From: Kudoa neothunni
Taxonomy: Eukaryota > Animalia > Cnidaria
Length of the DNA: 64,000 bases
Assembly (NCBI GenBank): GCA_964304625.1
Contig: OZ199840.1
Location: forward strand, 2,778,787-2,842,786
Reading direction: 5' to 3'
Shown: one piece after another, positions 37,201 to 50,566 of the stretch
Layout: each line of letters starts with the position of its first letter
Numbering within the stretch: the stretch's first letter is position 1
Notes under the pieces: model-generated
Told to the model about the DNA's origin: nothing
What the model saw: the letters and a program-made list of their open reading frames with translations, nothing else
Databases searched by the model: none
Program-made: the position numbers and the translations under genes

Positions 37201-40200
37201 AATATTAACGTCTATTTGGCAATTTGTAATTATAGCATCACTCACAACAACTAACCATGAATAATTTTTTCGAGTTCATTCCCCAAATTATCCATTAACA
37301 GCACGTAAAAATCTCCTTGGTCGAACATAAAATAATGTTTCAACGATCTAATATATTAATTTTTTAAGTCATACATTAGTTACATTTAAATTTATGTGAC
37401 TATTGGCTTGTATGTTTAAAATTTTTCTACTTATTTTTATTGTATTTACCTTATTTATTATCACTCCTACTTAATTAATTAAAATTAATTTTTTTAAATA
37501 TATGTTGAGATGAATAAATTCCTCGTATTTTAATATTTTAGCCGCCATCCGATGATTAACCTTCGAAATAGAGTGGGGTAGATTTCTACCCCAAGTGAAT
37601 TTTGCCAACAATACTATAGTGTATAAATGGAACATAACTCCTCTAAATTGTTCGTAATCTTTTATCGTTACGAAAACTTTCAGAATAATGAGTTGAAATT
37701 TTTTTTATCACATATCAAAAAAGTTAATGTAAAAACACCTCTCAAATAAAATTATTTAAAATATTAATACATGCGATTTTTAATAATTTAAGAAAATTCT
37801 ATCGAGTAAATAATGAATAAATAACGAAACACCATACACGCGATGCCAACACGCATGCGCTCATAGATTAAGCATGTTGTTCTCTCATTATTTTTACACC
37901 AGTTATCCAATATACGACGACTTTTTATCAGTTTGCTTATTTCTACATAGTAGAAATAAACATCCCAAAACACATGTGAAAATTGTAAATCAATATTCCT
38001 AATTTGGTATTATGGAGAACATTAAAAAGAGATATAGTATAATTGTTCAACCTTTTGACAAGTTTTGTGTTTTAGAAAGAAATTGAAAACGTATATAATA
38101 ACTTATTTGTGAAATAAGCACTGTTTTCCATCATTTTATGTTTATGCGCAGTTTTACATTGCGACGTTTAAAATAAGAAACATTAATTGTCAGCTGTTAT
38201 AAATCTTGAATTAAATGTTAAAACTAAAAAATCGCGTAAATACACCTATTAATACAATCATACTCCCTGGAAATGTAACAAACATTATATGCGCGCATGC
38301 GTACATATAATATAACTTCAATAATTTGTTATTTATTCGAAAGTTCCGCATCATTTGTCAATAAATGTTAACTTTTATTTGGAAGGTGTAAAAATTTCAG
38401 CTACTTAAAAAATAAATACATCGGATGCTACATGGAATGAGTTAGAGTTTTTTTAACGAAATAGACATTTATCGGCAAAATGGTAGTTTAAATAGGGAAG
38501 TTCGATCAAATATACTTCGAAAACTTAGTCAAGCATACTTAATTTTAAGTCTCCACGAGCTCACCTATGCATTAAAAGCTGTTTTAATTCTGTTAAACTT
38601 TGAATTTCACATATATTCATAAAATTTATCTTTCTTCTTTTAATTAAATTTTTAAAAATAATATTTAATTTTAATCCTTTTTTGGATGTTTTAAATCCGC
38701 CGTAAAGAAGCAGATGTAATATCGCATTTTCTTTAAGAATTCTTGTCGTATCGCTCGATTTAGCGCTTATTTGTTTGAAGTGATTAAAATGTCATCACTT
38801 CAAAGTATAACGTTTGGCGAACTTAACGACTTCTGGAAAATTTAAACGCATTAGATGAAAGTTCAACGGATAAATTGAGTAATGAGCATATTTATTCAAA
38901 AATTCATAGTGATAAAATTGATATTTGTAATCCCTGGCTCCAGGAGTCCACGGTGATCCGCAGAGGGTTAATTAGATTCTAAAATTACAATTCAAAGTTT
39001 ATATATTCGATACAATACTTAATAATCGAGGAAAATCAATTCAATCAGATAAAAATGATTTCAAATTATAAATTTAATTTTAAAAAATATTAAGCCAACA
39101 AAATTAAAACTCTACAAAGTTTAGCAAATAAAAAGAATATTTTTTCAAATTTATAACGACCACTTTATACATACAGTATGTTTAATAAACATTCACGCAC
39201 GCGCGAAAATCTCGATATAGATAATACTTATGAAATTTAATCAGAAATAACGCAATAATTTTTGTAATCCATTAAGTAATTGTGATTAATAAAAACTTAA
39301 TATTTAAAAAATGTGAATTTTACGAATATTTATCTTCAAATTAACTGCAAACAATTTAAGCCAATAGTCAAACTTGAACAAATTAACCTCAAATATGGCA
39401 ATAATTTCTTCTCTTGGACCAACAACTGCAACAAACACGCACTAGCTTGATTGTGTGCATTTTCCACAATCGCCATGCAGGAACTGTATTCCTTGGTGAG
39501 TTGAATGGGTGAATTTGCATTTGTTTCACAGTCGAAATTTTTATCTACGCAATATTGTTCATATCAACGCGCCAATCAAAATAACCAACCAAACTGTCTT
39601 ATAACGTTTATATATTTTCCTGTGGATAGTATTTTATCTGCAATCTATCAAACAACAATAATTTAAATTAAATCAAATTAAATAATTAAATTAAATCCAA
39701 GTGGACTTATGTAAAGATAAGCATATATATATATATATATATATATATACAGGTTGAAGAAAGGATGGCGTTTTAGCCGAAGACAACACGTATTTCTTCT
39801 CCCAAAACACATCATTCAACTCATCTTCGACATTATTCACAGTGACATCATTACTCTCAACCATAAACTTTTGTTAATATTAATTTTAGCGAGTTAAAAA
39901 TTTAAAGACCTCATCATAGGGATCATAGATTAATCCTTCGTGTATCCACTTTTGAAGAGATTCAAAAAATGGTGCGCACGCTTTATCAAGTAAATAAGTG
40001 AACAGTTCATTCGATATCCCCGCGCTATAATTATTAATGTGATTACACGCGTGAAATCATGTGCGCGACGTTTACCACTGAGAAAGTTGATAGGATTCGT
40101 AAAGAATATCGATCACTTTTTGAGCGGTTAAAGCTCCCTATTATATATTCAAAATGTCGCGCGCGCACACATTTGAATTTATACTTTGGACAATTGTTTA

Positions 40201-42037
40201 CATAACCGTTCCAGTGGTTGCAACTGATTAATGCAGCTGTGCGCATGTGTGGCCAAACATTGCAGCGTTAGTTGTTTCTAATTATGCTTTGCTTACAATT
40301 CGCAAAACCACCAAACAACTAACTTCTTTGTGCTGGCTTTCCAACTCACAAATATATGCCATATACTCCCTGAGTAAAGTTTCAATTGCTTCAGATAACG
40401 CCTGCGCAACTCGACCCTCGTAAAGTGGAGACACATCTAGACGCACGCACAGTTTAAATTTCAATTCAATTTTCAACAATATTGAAATTACCATTTATAA
40501 AACTGGATATAGTTTGAAAAGATCCCACCAACGGAATCACACTTGATACTAGCTCTTTAATAGACATGTCTATTAAATATACAAGTGTTAAATGAGCCTG
40601 AGAGGAGATAATTAATTACCATACGAACTCGAAATTTTTAAAACCCAAGCATTGTTTTCATTGAACAGATGAATAAATTTGCCTTGTATTCCCTGTGTAA
40701 TAAAAAAAATAAGATGTTGAGAGATTAATAGAAATAGGCACTATAAAAAGAAATAATAAGTCTTCAATTGCCATTATTTCTTGAATATTGATATCCACGT
40801 CTTTAAGTTGTTGCTTTAATATTGTCTATATATATTTAGATATATATATAATTTAATAATGAGTAAAATAATTAAATGCTCTAACAAGCGAGAATATAAT
40901 ACATTTGGGGTATTTCCCAAATAAAGTTGCTCTTCATCATCAAATTCTATCAACTGATATTTCATGTATTTTCTCGCCATAAACCATGCAGGCAACTTTG
41001 GCATTTGCGTATGCTCGTGGGCATCGTCATGTTGTTGTTGATCGTCGCCCATTTTGATAGAGATATTCAATCTAGACATTTCTCTATCAATAGTGGTGGT
41101 TGAGGTGCGAGACAATTTAGGTCTGTAATGATGAATGGATGAATCTCTCGATTGAATTTTAGTCTCAACTTGTGTGGAGCTGAATGTCTGCTCTTGATGA
41201 CCTCCACTCTTAGAAATAGAAGACTCTTGCAGTGGAATAGTGTCTTCAGATTCTGGGATTTGCTTGGAATCCATAACCACTTAACACTTTTCTAAGTGGA
41301 ATTTGGATGTTGATAATGAAGAAAAGTGTGAATTAATTAATGAATCGAATTACGACTGCTCACGATACTAGAATCTTAAACTAACAAACTCACCTTTATT
41401 AGAGGTGTAGATTTTTTATATCGTTTCCATGATTGGTTGGCGTCAATTTCAATACCATTCACATCGTTAGGGTGATGCTCTGTTGTTATAGGAAGTGTCG
41501 CAGATGGAATATTTTGTTGAAGATTGACTACCGCATTTGTTCGATTGTTAGTTGAGTTGTTGTTGCGATGTTCGTCATCCAACTCACTGCCCAGAACGTA
41601 CAACAAATGCGGCTGATTTTGTATGTTCGATAGAAAATAAATCAACAAATTCGCGTAATGAATACTATATCGAGATCATTGTTAGAGGAGCTTAATGTCC
41701 AAAAATTACTCATCAACCAACAATTCTCGATACACACGACGCAACTCCTTTTTATTGATCTCTCCTTTGGAACACAAACAGTTTATTGAATCACCCACCA
41801 AGTCCTTGTATTTATATTTTATGATATTAAAGCATTGCGAAATATCTGCAGTTACCACATCGTAAGTAAATGTACCAACATTCTCCAAAAGAATGTCAGT
41901 ATATGTGGTCGAATCTGGCCCTCCATCCAATCTTAATTAACTTATAATAATGCAGTTTGGTTTAAGTACTGCAAATTTGAAATTAGACTGTCTACAAGAG
42001 TTTGAATTTCCTCTCTTATCACCTCACTACTTACCAT
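34257..42037 (-). CDS. TUBGCP2: Gamma-tubulin complex component 2 (Spc97/GCP2); multi-exon with two ~2 kb introns
   Basis: Start [140 protein letters not shown] are typical of GCP2. Confidence 0.93.
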
Positions 42038-42808
42038 TGGTGCAATTTTACAATAAGCTTGGGCCTGCGCACAAGGCGGGTTTATAGATTAGTTTAGTTT
42101 GTGTAGGTACTAATTCAATTTTTAGATGAAATATATATATTATTGATTGAGAGAATTTTTTTGAATATCTAATGTTTCGATTGAGATGTATTTTGATTGT
42201 AAATTTTTGTTATACGTTCTTATATTTGTTGAGTTTCTGTTTAATATTTTTTTTGAAGGTGTATTTGGAAAATATGAACTTAATTTTAAGGTCATTTATG
42301 CGTGTTCAGGGAAGATTAATAAATTCATTAACTTTAATATTGAGATATGAAGGGGACGGATTAAATATAGTTGAACTTTCCAGATTATTTATGAAATTTA
42401 AAAAATTATTTTCATAAATATAATTAGTTAAGGGGATAATTGATAGATACAGCGTTGAATATAACAAGGAGAAATAAAATAAAGGTCTATTATAAAATGA
42501 TAATTATGTTCTTATCAGTTTTGTTAGTATATTTATATTGAGGTGATTAATTATAATTAATATTTCTTAGATTGATTATAATTTTTAGGACGAACTTTAG
42601 GATTTTGATATTTTATACCTTAGTGGTATTATAATCACGTGAGGAAGAGAAATATTCATAAAAGACTAAAAATTTAATTATACTATATTATTAAAAAACA
42701 ATATTAGTTATTTTAAAATAAAAATGTTTTGAAAATATAACACTATTGGCTATATAGTCTAAATTTCTATAGTTGGATTTTAAGGTAATAATTCGTAAAT
42801 GTGGGCGT

Positions 42809-45800
42809 TTATTTTTTCTTCTTGAAAACCACGAAACCAATAGCACCCATGATCATAGCTCCAATAGTCGCCACTGCAATTATTCTAAAACAATATTAGT
42901 TAAATTGTAGGAACATAATAAAGTAATACATGACCATGGTTTTAGAACTAAATGAAAAATTTATTTATTTTAAAAATATTAATTAATAAACCTTGAACTG
43001 CTTTTGGCTCCTAAAAGTTACAGTTTTAATTATTTTCGAAGTAATAATGTTTTACCTTGCTCAATAGTGGCAGTCCCATAAATTGTTGGATTGATAGAAC
43101 TGTACACAGTCAAGTGATAATTGTTGCCATCTGCTAATCCACTGATAGTGAATGATTTGCATGAAGGGTACGTTCTACACCCATTGTCATTTCGTCTCAT
43201 GCATTTTTTAATAATTGCAATCGATTTTGTACTCGCGTTACGTAATTCCCACTTACATTTGGATTTTTCATTAAGACTAGATGGTAGGGTGTTTTCTATA
43301 ACAAATGATTCACCATCCCTTGTTATGGTCACATATATTATTTTGTCGTTTTCTGTGGGATTCCCCTTTGGAGCAGCTATTTATTTTAAATATAATAATA
43401 ATATCGAAAATATTTTTACTAGCTACTAAAGTAATTTCATTTCTCTCTGATTTTCCCACTGCAGTAATAGACACTTTATACTCTTCATTTGCATCATAGT
43501 CGTTGAATTTAATAGAACTGCACAATGGAAATGAGGAGCATGTGTTTGTATTGGCCGAGCTCGCAGTTGTATCGACTGTCGTAGTTGGAGTGACATCTGT
43601 ATCAGTTTCAGTTTGAGTAATAGATTCAGCTCTTGCAATTTTTAATTCATTAATTTCTGATTTTAGACTTTGAATTTTACTGGTACTAGTTGGTTGTTGG
43701 TCGGGGTTAGAATTGGAGTCGGCTGGTGAGCTTGGTGGAGTATTTTGAGTTTCTGGCACAGCTGCCGTGTCTGTGATGCTTCGCAGACGTAAACATCTTC
43801 AAACCTCTCATCTTTTTTTATTTGGATAGTATAATGGCAAATGGCTTCTGGGACTTTTTTGGACAATTGTGCATTTAATTCCAATCCTTGTTCAGTGTAT
43901 TTTTGAGTTATTCTCAAGGTTGCCAGATCTAGATTGAGTTGAATAAGTTAATATTTTGATATATATACTCGTCGTAACATTTTCATATATGTGTTCCTTG
44001 TAATCCTTATCAGCAATGACCTTAACGTCGTAAGAAGTATTTGGTTCAAGATCAACAATAGTTATTGATTCTCTACATCTTCCTCTACAGGGATTGGTTT
44101 CAGTACATTTAGCGGTGTAAAATGTATTTTTCCCAGTTGGACTTATGTAATACTCACAGTTTGGCTCATCTTTCTTATCAGTTCTTGCCGTATCTCCAAT
44201 AGCTGTTAGTATAGTTGTTGATTCTGTTTTAGTAGGGGCGGCTGCTTGAAAACTTTTATTATCCTCATTATCTTGTAAATATTATTAGTTAAGTTAATAT
44301 TAAATTATTAGTTATTACTTGTTCTTATAAGTATTTTTTCTTTGAAGGAAGCTGGATCTGTTATACCAGATTCAATTTCGATGATGTATGGTTTCCCTGC
44401 AGACAGCCCTTCAATTACTAGTTTTTCGCAACCAGTTTTGCATTCGGCGCCGCTGCCATTATCAGTCTTTTTAGTGGCCGTGCTACATTTAGTGATTGAT
44501 GCAGCGTGTTTAATTTTGTCAGCAGAGTAGTGCTTGAGCGTACAGGTAGAAAATGTGGTCCCAGACCCTTGTTTTAAAAATGTTCCGTCAAAAGATACAC
44601 CTTGCTTGGTATAATCTGACAATAATACGTTTTCAGTCTCGGATATTGCTAAATAATTTATAAGTTAACACCGAATTAAATAAATTACGAAATTTATTTT
44701 GAGAAAACCCATCTAATTCACTAATAGAAATTTTTGAAAGATCGTGATTTCTGGTTTGAATTAGAACATTATATATTTCTTTTTCTGCAGTTAGAGTAAG
44801 CTCAACGTCTTTGCATGGTGCGTAACACTTTCCTGCAGTATTTCCACACTTTGATTCAAAGGCATCACCCGATGCTGCACTTTTAGCGTCCTTAATACCA
44901 AAAACACAAATCTCAGACGATAATGATAAATCTGTGAATTTAAGACCAACTTGATTAGGAGCTCCTGTCTTTTTAATCACATAATACTGAGGCTCGTAAA
45001 TGGCCATGTTATCCTTCATATATACATTTGGCATATTATAGAAAAAGCTTGGATAATTCACACATCTTATTTCGTAATGAGGAACCAATAAGTCAAATTC
45101 AACGTCGTTATCTCTGTTGTCCTCGTCACATGTTCCTCCAGCGGTACCCGCCTTGAATTGTGCGTCTTTGTAATGGATGGGACATGCAACTGGAGGGCAA
45201 GTTTTTGATAGTAGTTTCAATTTTTGGTCATTTTTAGAGATTTTAACCTGAGGATTTACCAATAATGCTAATTTAAATAACTAAAATTATTTATTTAAAG
45301 TTAATTAGATTACGTATTGCCAAACCAAACACTTTTCCACCTTTTGGATAAGTCGCCACATTAGCAGCGTTCTCTTCAGTATTATCATATACATATATAT
45401 ATTTTGTTCGTGGGGTAAGTTTATCATAAGGAACTTTACTACCTTGACTATTGCATGCAATTACGCATTTGTTATTATTATTGGTAACATATCCAGGGCA
45501 CTCAGTTATTTCTCCATACGCGGCTGCTTCTGTCGATCCACCCACGTTTGCTGCTGTATTGGATATCAGTATACGACACTTTTTTCCATCGCCATAGCTT
45601 GATCCGACAAGTATATGTTTTACTTTATTTGATTTACTGTCATTATCGTATTCAATTAGGTATTTGAGTGTGGCTGTGGGAGTAGAAGTAGCTGTAGATT
45701 CAGGCACTGTTGCATTTTTAATCATACAAAAGAATGCGATTTGAATGACTAATAAAAATTCATGATTGATAATAAGAAAATAAATACATAAGAGGCAATG

Positions 45801-45821
45801 CAAAAATTTATCCATAGTCAT
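42809..45821 (-). CDS. Family copy C; apparent 1-bp deletion frameshift in exon 6 (pseudogene or sequencing error)
   Basis: Same 10-exon layout; GCTGCCGTGTCTG at ~43765 versus GCTGCCGGTGTCTG in D and E splits the exon-6 ORF (43663..43917 / 43310..43759). Confidence 0.82.
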
Positions 45822-46168
45822 ACTAAAAGGTAAAATAAAACAACAAATAGTACTGAATAAATGAATACTATAATTAGCCGATACATGTATCGAATAAAAA
45901 ACCTATTGAAACGACGATATACTTAAAGTCTTAATTCTTATTTACTATTAAATTAATAATTATGAATTTAATATAGTTATTAAAATGCTGAAAATTGCAA
46001 ATTGAAACAATTATTTTATTATATAGCTCAAACAAATTCGATAATACTTATTATCTCTTGTTCAATCCGCCATAATAAAGGCAAAGAAAAAATTAATGGG
46101 TGGAACCAACTCTTACTGGATTAAATAATGAGTTAAATAATGTTAAACTTCATAAACGATATTTACAT

Positions 46169-46176
46169 TGACGTCA
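46169..46176. promoter_or_regulatory. Canonical CRE palindrome TGACGTCA upstream of copy C (also at 63048-63055 upstream of E)
   Basis: TTACATTGACGTCATGTAAGGTCATCC is identical in the upstream regions of C and E. Confidence 0.4.
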
Positions 46177-46699
46177 TGTAAGGTCATCCCAGGTATAAAT
46201 AATATGAATAATTGGTAAAAATATTTATTCTTCTTCATTACGAATAAATAATCATCTAGATAAATATAAATGTTGGCAGTGTCTATTGGCCCGAACAAAT
46301 TGTTTTATTTAATTATCGAGCTTTTTATTATAGTAAATCTATTTTGTCTGACATAAAACAACTTGAAATTGTTTACGTAATTTTATTTTCGAAGCATATC
46401 GGACAAAAATATTTTGTATAATGTAATAAGGTTTCGATTAAATGGTCCGAAAAAACTCATTTTATTGAGTTTATGAGTTATTTATTCAAATGAACATTCT
46501 TAGTTGTAATTTAACATTTAATTATCTAAGTAATTAAAATTTTAAATTTTAATAGTGTTAATTTTATGGTAACGCGCGTTAATTTTATTGTATTTATCCC
46601 TTAATGGTGCAATACAAAATTATTCTGAAAAAATGTAAGATTTTTCATAAGAACACAATAAAGATAAAGTATGCAGTTGTTATTTTTCAAGATATTTGG

Positions 46700-47115
46700 T
46701 TATAATAAAAGAAAAAGTTTTTGAAAGATTTGTTCAATTTATGTTCACACAAATCGTACAGAAAGATGAATCGACGATGGATAATTATACAGAAGCAACT
46801 ACTGAGAAATGCAATTGTCCCTTCCGTCTTTGCATGGAACTGCCATGTCGTCACATTTTCTAGGTGTGGAAAAAACAAAACCTACCTCTTTTTGATAAAT
46901 TTTTGTGCTTTAAGAGATGGACAAGGGAGTATTTTGTTGAAAATTCTGAACTGGCCGATGTTTATGAAACAAATAATAGTTCATCAGAGAATGGTTTGAT
47001 TGCTATAAATTCATTACCAAAAACTATTGTCTATTTAGAGAATAGAAAATTTAATGAAGCTACTAAATTGATGGAAGATGTAGCCGCAAGAATTTCAGAA
47101 AAAAACTGGATCTGA
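46700..47115 (+). mobile_element. MULE transposase C-terminal (SWIM zinc finger) relic
   Basis: EKCNCPFRLCMELPCRHIF*VWKKQNLPLFD..KRWT fits the CxC..LPCRH SWIM motif, with an in-frame stop. Confidence 0.7.
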
Positions 47116-47595
47116 TTATGAATATTGGATCAATAAACTGGATGATCATAATAATTTTAATCCAGTTAAAGTTTTAAAACATAATTGTTTTTTGCAAAAA
47201 TATTAATCAGGAAAATGAAAACACATTCCACATGTCAAAAATTTCATTCAATAATTCCTATACTCGAAATCATATCGGCCATTGTATTTCTAATCTGAAG
47301 AAATATTAGGTGTAGACAACAATTAAAAACCAGTTCCTATGTAAAGCTAAAATGATTTATGATATTTCTTATTAGATTACTGCGACTCCAACATTATTGC
47401 GAGACAATTATTACAATGTAATTTGTATCCGAGCGATACTACAGAACGTTAGCTTGAAATAATGACAAAATATTGTTTTTTAGTATTGAAAATCCAAATC
47501 AAAATACTCTTGAATATGAAATAAGTCATAAATACATATTAATCATGCATTTATCAATTAAAAACTGTTTCATCAATGATCATTGTAACCTTATG

Positions 47596-50420
47596 TACCG
47601 TAAACAATCGCGTATTATAGGTTGCATCCAAATTTTTGGCGTGTAAATTGGGGGTTTTCAATAGACCTACAGATCGGTCGTTCTGGAATTTTAGATGTTG
47701 AACGCCATCCATAAAAATAAATATTCTGTTGTATTTAGCTTCATTTAAAAAATCTTCTTGTAAATATTGGAATGCTTTTAAGATAACTACAAACTACACG
47801 ACTATAAACATAATTAAAATAAAAGATTTTATTTCTTTATAATATGATCAGTTACTATTAAAAGTCAGCAGAACTGGACCCCGAGAATTCATCATCATTA
47901 TTATCATTATTTTCAGGATTCACCAAAAGTTGGTCGTTTGATATTATAATGCCATGAGTGACCATATCACAATACATTCAAACCCGGATTATCCAAAAAA
48001 TTTGGGACGGCTATTTTCTTTCCGGATGGCGAGGTTCCAGTTAACCGAATATAAACAACATCGTTAGCGCGCATTTTTTTATTATTTACTAAGTAAAATA
48101 CTTTAATTTTTTCTACTCTAATGTAAAATGTTGACATATCTATTAACTAAGAATAAGAAGCTTGATTTAAAGGAAAAATAGTACATAATAATGGCAGTTT
48201 TTATACGTCTACAGAGGAGTAACCTACTTTTTTAAATAATAGATAGTTAATTTTTGTTTATTATATCTCTAGGCATGTGCTTAGATATAGTAAAAATTAA
48301 TATAAGAATTTGATGCATAATTTAGGGTTTAAAAGATAAATTTATTAATAAATAATCTAGAAATAATTTTGTTTCAAATATTGCATGGTATATATGCTAT
48401 ATTGTATGTCGTACAGTGATGGGTGCTACTTTTATTCAAAAATGTGATTAACAGTTCCTCCGGTTTGGGGATAATCGAACATTCATCGACACATTCATAT
48501 CAATAAAATCCAACTAAACTTTAAAATTTCTTCCGAATAACGAGATTTCCGGATAATCGAGGTTCGGCTGTATTAATTCAGCTCAACGTCAGTTATGCTA
48601 GTTGTAATATTTTAATCATAAAACTCACTTTTCTTCATGCACGAGTTTGGAGTACTTATGTCGGTATTTCCGTCCTCTATCTCCTTTATACTTGAGAGAG
48701 ACAATTCTTTATACAGAATATAACTTTCATTTCCGTCTATAATATCGAAGTTTTCACATTTTTTGAATCATTTAATTATCAAAATATTCGAAAAATTATC
48801 TAAGGCATTTTTACCCATCCCACAACTAAGCGCGATTCAGGTTTCTTAATTGTATCATTTTTAGTGGTGGGTTTTTTATCAGATATCATCCAAGAATGCC
48901 ATTATTTTCGAGTCTAATCTTTGAGTGGATCAATGATTAACACATCAGAAGTCTGTAACACAGAGGTACAGCACCTAGGAATGACCAATTTATTTTTTTA
49001 AATTCCTGTAGCATAGCATTGACAGACTCATGGCCATAGATTCTAAACACATCCCATATTAGGAAACTTTAAGGGCTAAGAAAACTCCTGCTTTTTTCAT
49101 CCATACTTCACCAAACCAAAATTTAGTTAGATTTTCATCCATTCATCGTTTAGGATGTATTTTTACAATAACACCTAACAGAAAGATTCCTTTGGTATTT
49201 TCTTTCATTTAAAGATAATTATTAGACAAAGTTTTTTTACATCAGCTTGACAAGCTAATACAACAATAAAATACTGTCTCTCGTGCTCTTATGTTTTCAA
49301 AACAACAATTTTCCGATCCTGTCAATCGTAGTGTTTCCCGGTATACCAATATACTTCGGAGTATCGCCTATGTTCGCAATGTTTGTTTGTAAAAATCATA
49401 CATTTTGCACTCTTTCGACATAAACAATAAAATATGTACTTCTTCATCAATTACTTCCGACAGCTTTTGTATAATGTAAATTTTTTGCCGTTGTTCTAAC
49501 CCAAACCTACTAGTAAATCTATTACAACACTCTGGTGAAGACATGGATTGAGGGATGTTGTATATTGGGCTAACTGAAAAGCTATGGTTCTTATTGAAAG
49601 TCTTGTCATAATAGGCCCATATTACATTAATTCCAAAACTCATTCAAGCAATTCATTTTTAATTTTTTTATATTGAGATACTAAAAATCTGGCTTACTTG
49701 TTCGGTTTTGGTATTTCTTTAAGATTATCTTTTCGCTTTCTCCATCGTCTTATTAACTCTCGTGAAACTCCAATCTCTTTTCTCACAAATCTAAATTCAT
49801 GTTTCTCTGCATGGCATACCATTTTTAATTCATAACTGTCTTATTGACTCTTTGTTTACCCATGACAAGGATTTACAAGTATCAAAGACGAGTGCTCAAA
49901 TTATCGTAAAGTTCTCTTTGATCCAAATGTAAAGAGTTTTGTGATAGTACTGATAAAGAATATTAAATATGATCATAATTTTGTTACGAAACTGATTCAT
50001 TACATTTGTTCTACAGAATGTTACAATCAGACATACACGGAACTTGTAAACGTAACCAATCAACGTGTAAAGAAAGAATCAAATATGTTACTCTATACAT
50101 AATATAGATGCCTTAATTTCGGTTGTGAGCAGTGTGAGATATAAAAGGATTTTAAATGAATATATTACTAGTAACATCAGATTTAACATAACGCTGTGGA
50201 TCGGTAGGATCACTTCATATTCAATTTGTGCAGAGGTAACCTTACCAATGCTTAACGAACTCAATCTGATACTTGAATCTAAGTATACGCACACTTATAG
50301 TAACATTTCGGGAAAAGCTCCTGTAAATCTTCAAAGTATGGCCGGTAAATAGATCGCGCCCTTATTTTGTGACGAAATTTTTGGTAAAAAGTTTGCGACC
50401 AAAACGAGATTATATACAAT
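47596..50420 (-). mobile_element. Decayed pogo-like (POGK-type) transposon
   Basis: Minus strand 48750-49860: HAEKHEFRFVRKEIGVSRELIRRWRK (N-terminal HTH), GVIVKIHPKR*MDE, IPRCCTSVLQTSDVLIIDPLK (DDE); candidate degenerate TIRs TACCGTAAACAATCGCG (~47596) and ~50390-50420. Boundaries are uncertain. Confidence 0.65.
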
Positions 50421-50566
50421 AAATATTAAATCATATTTTTTGATTTGAACATTTAATAATTTGAATTATTGATAAATAAAAGCGTGGTTAAAAATATTGG
50501 AGCATAAATTAAATAATCGAAATTTCTCTAACTAGATAGTAGGGAAAAATTCGTATATATGAGCGT

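Noticed and set aside
42030-42037. ATG followed by GTAAGT in GCP2, suggesting a start-codon-only exon
   Set aside because: Reading through gives [18 protein letters not shown], which fits the GCP2 N-terminus, with a normal intron further on.
49900-50352. Moderately open plus-strand frame (ORF 50125..50352), possibly a captured gene fragment
   Set aside because: No recognisable motif or splice structure.
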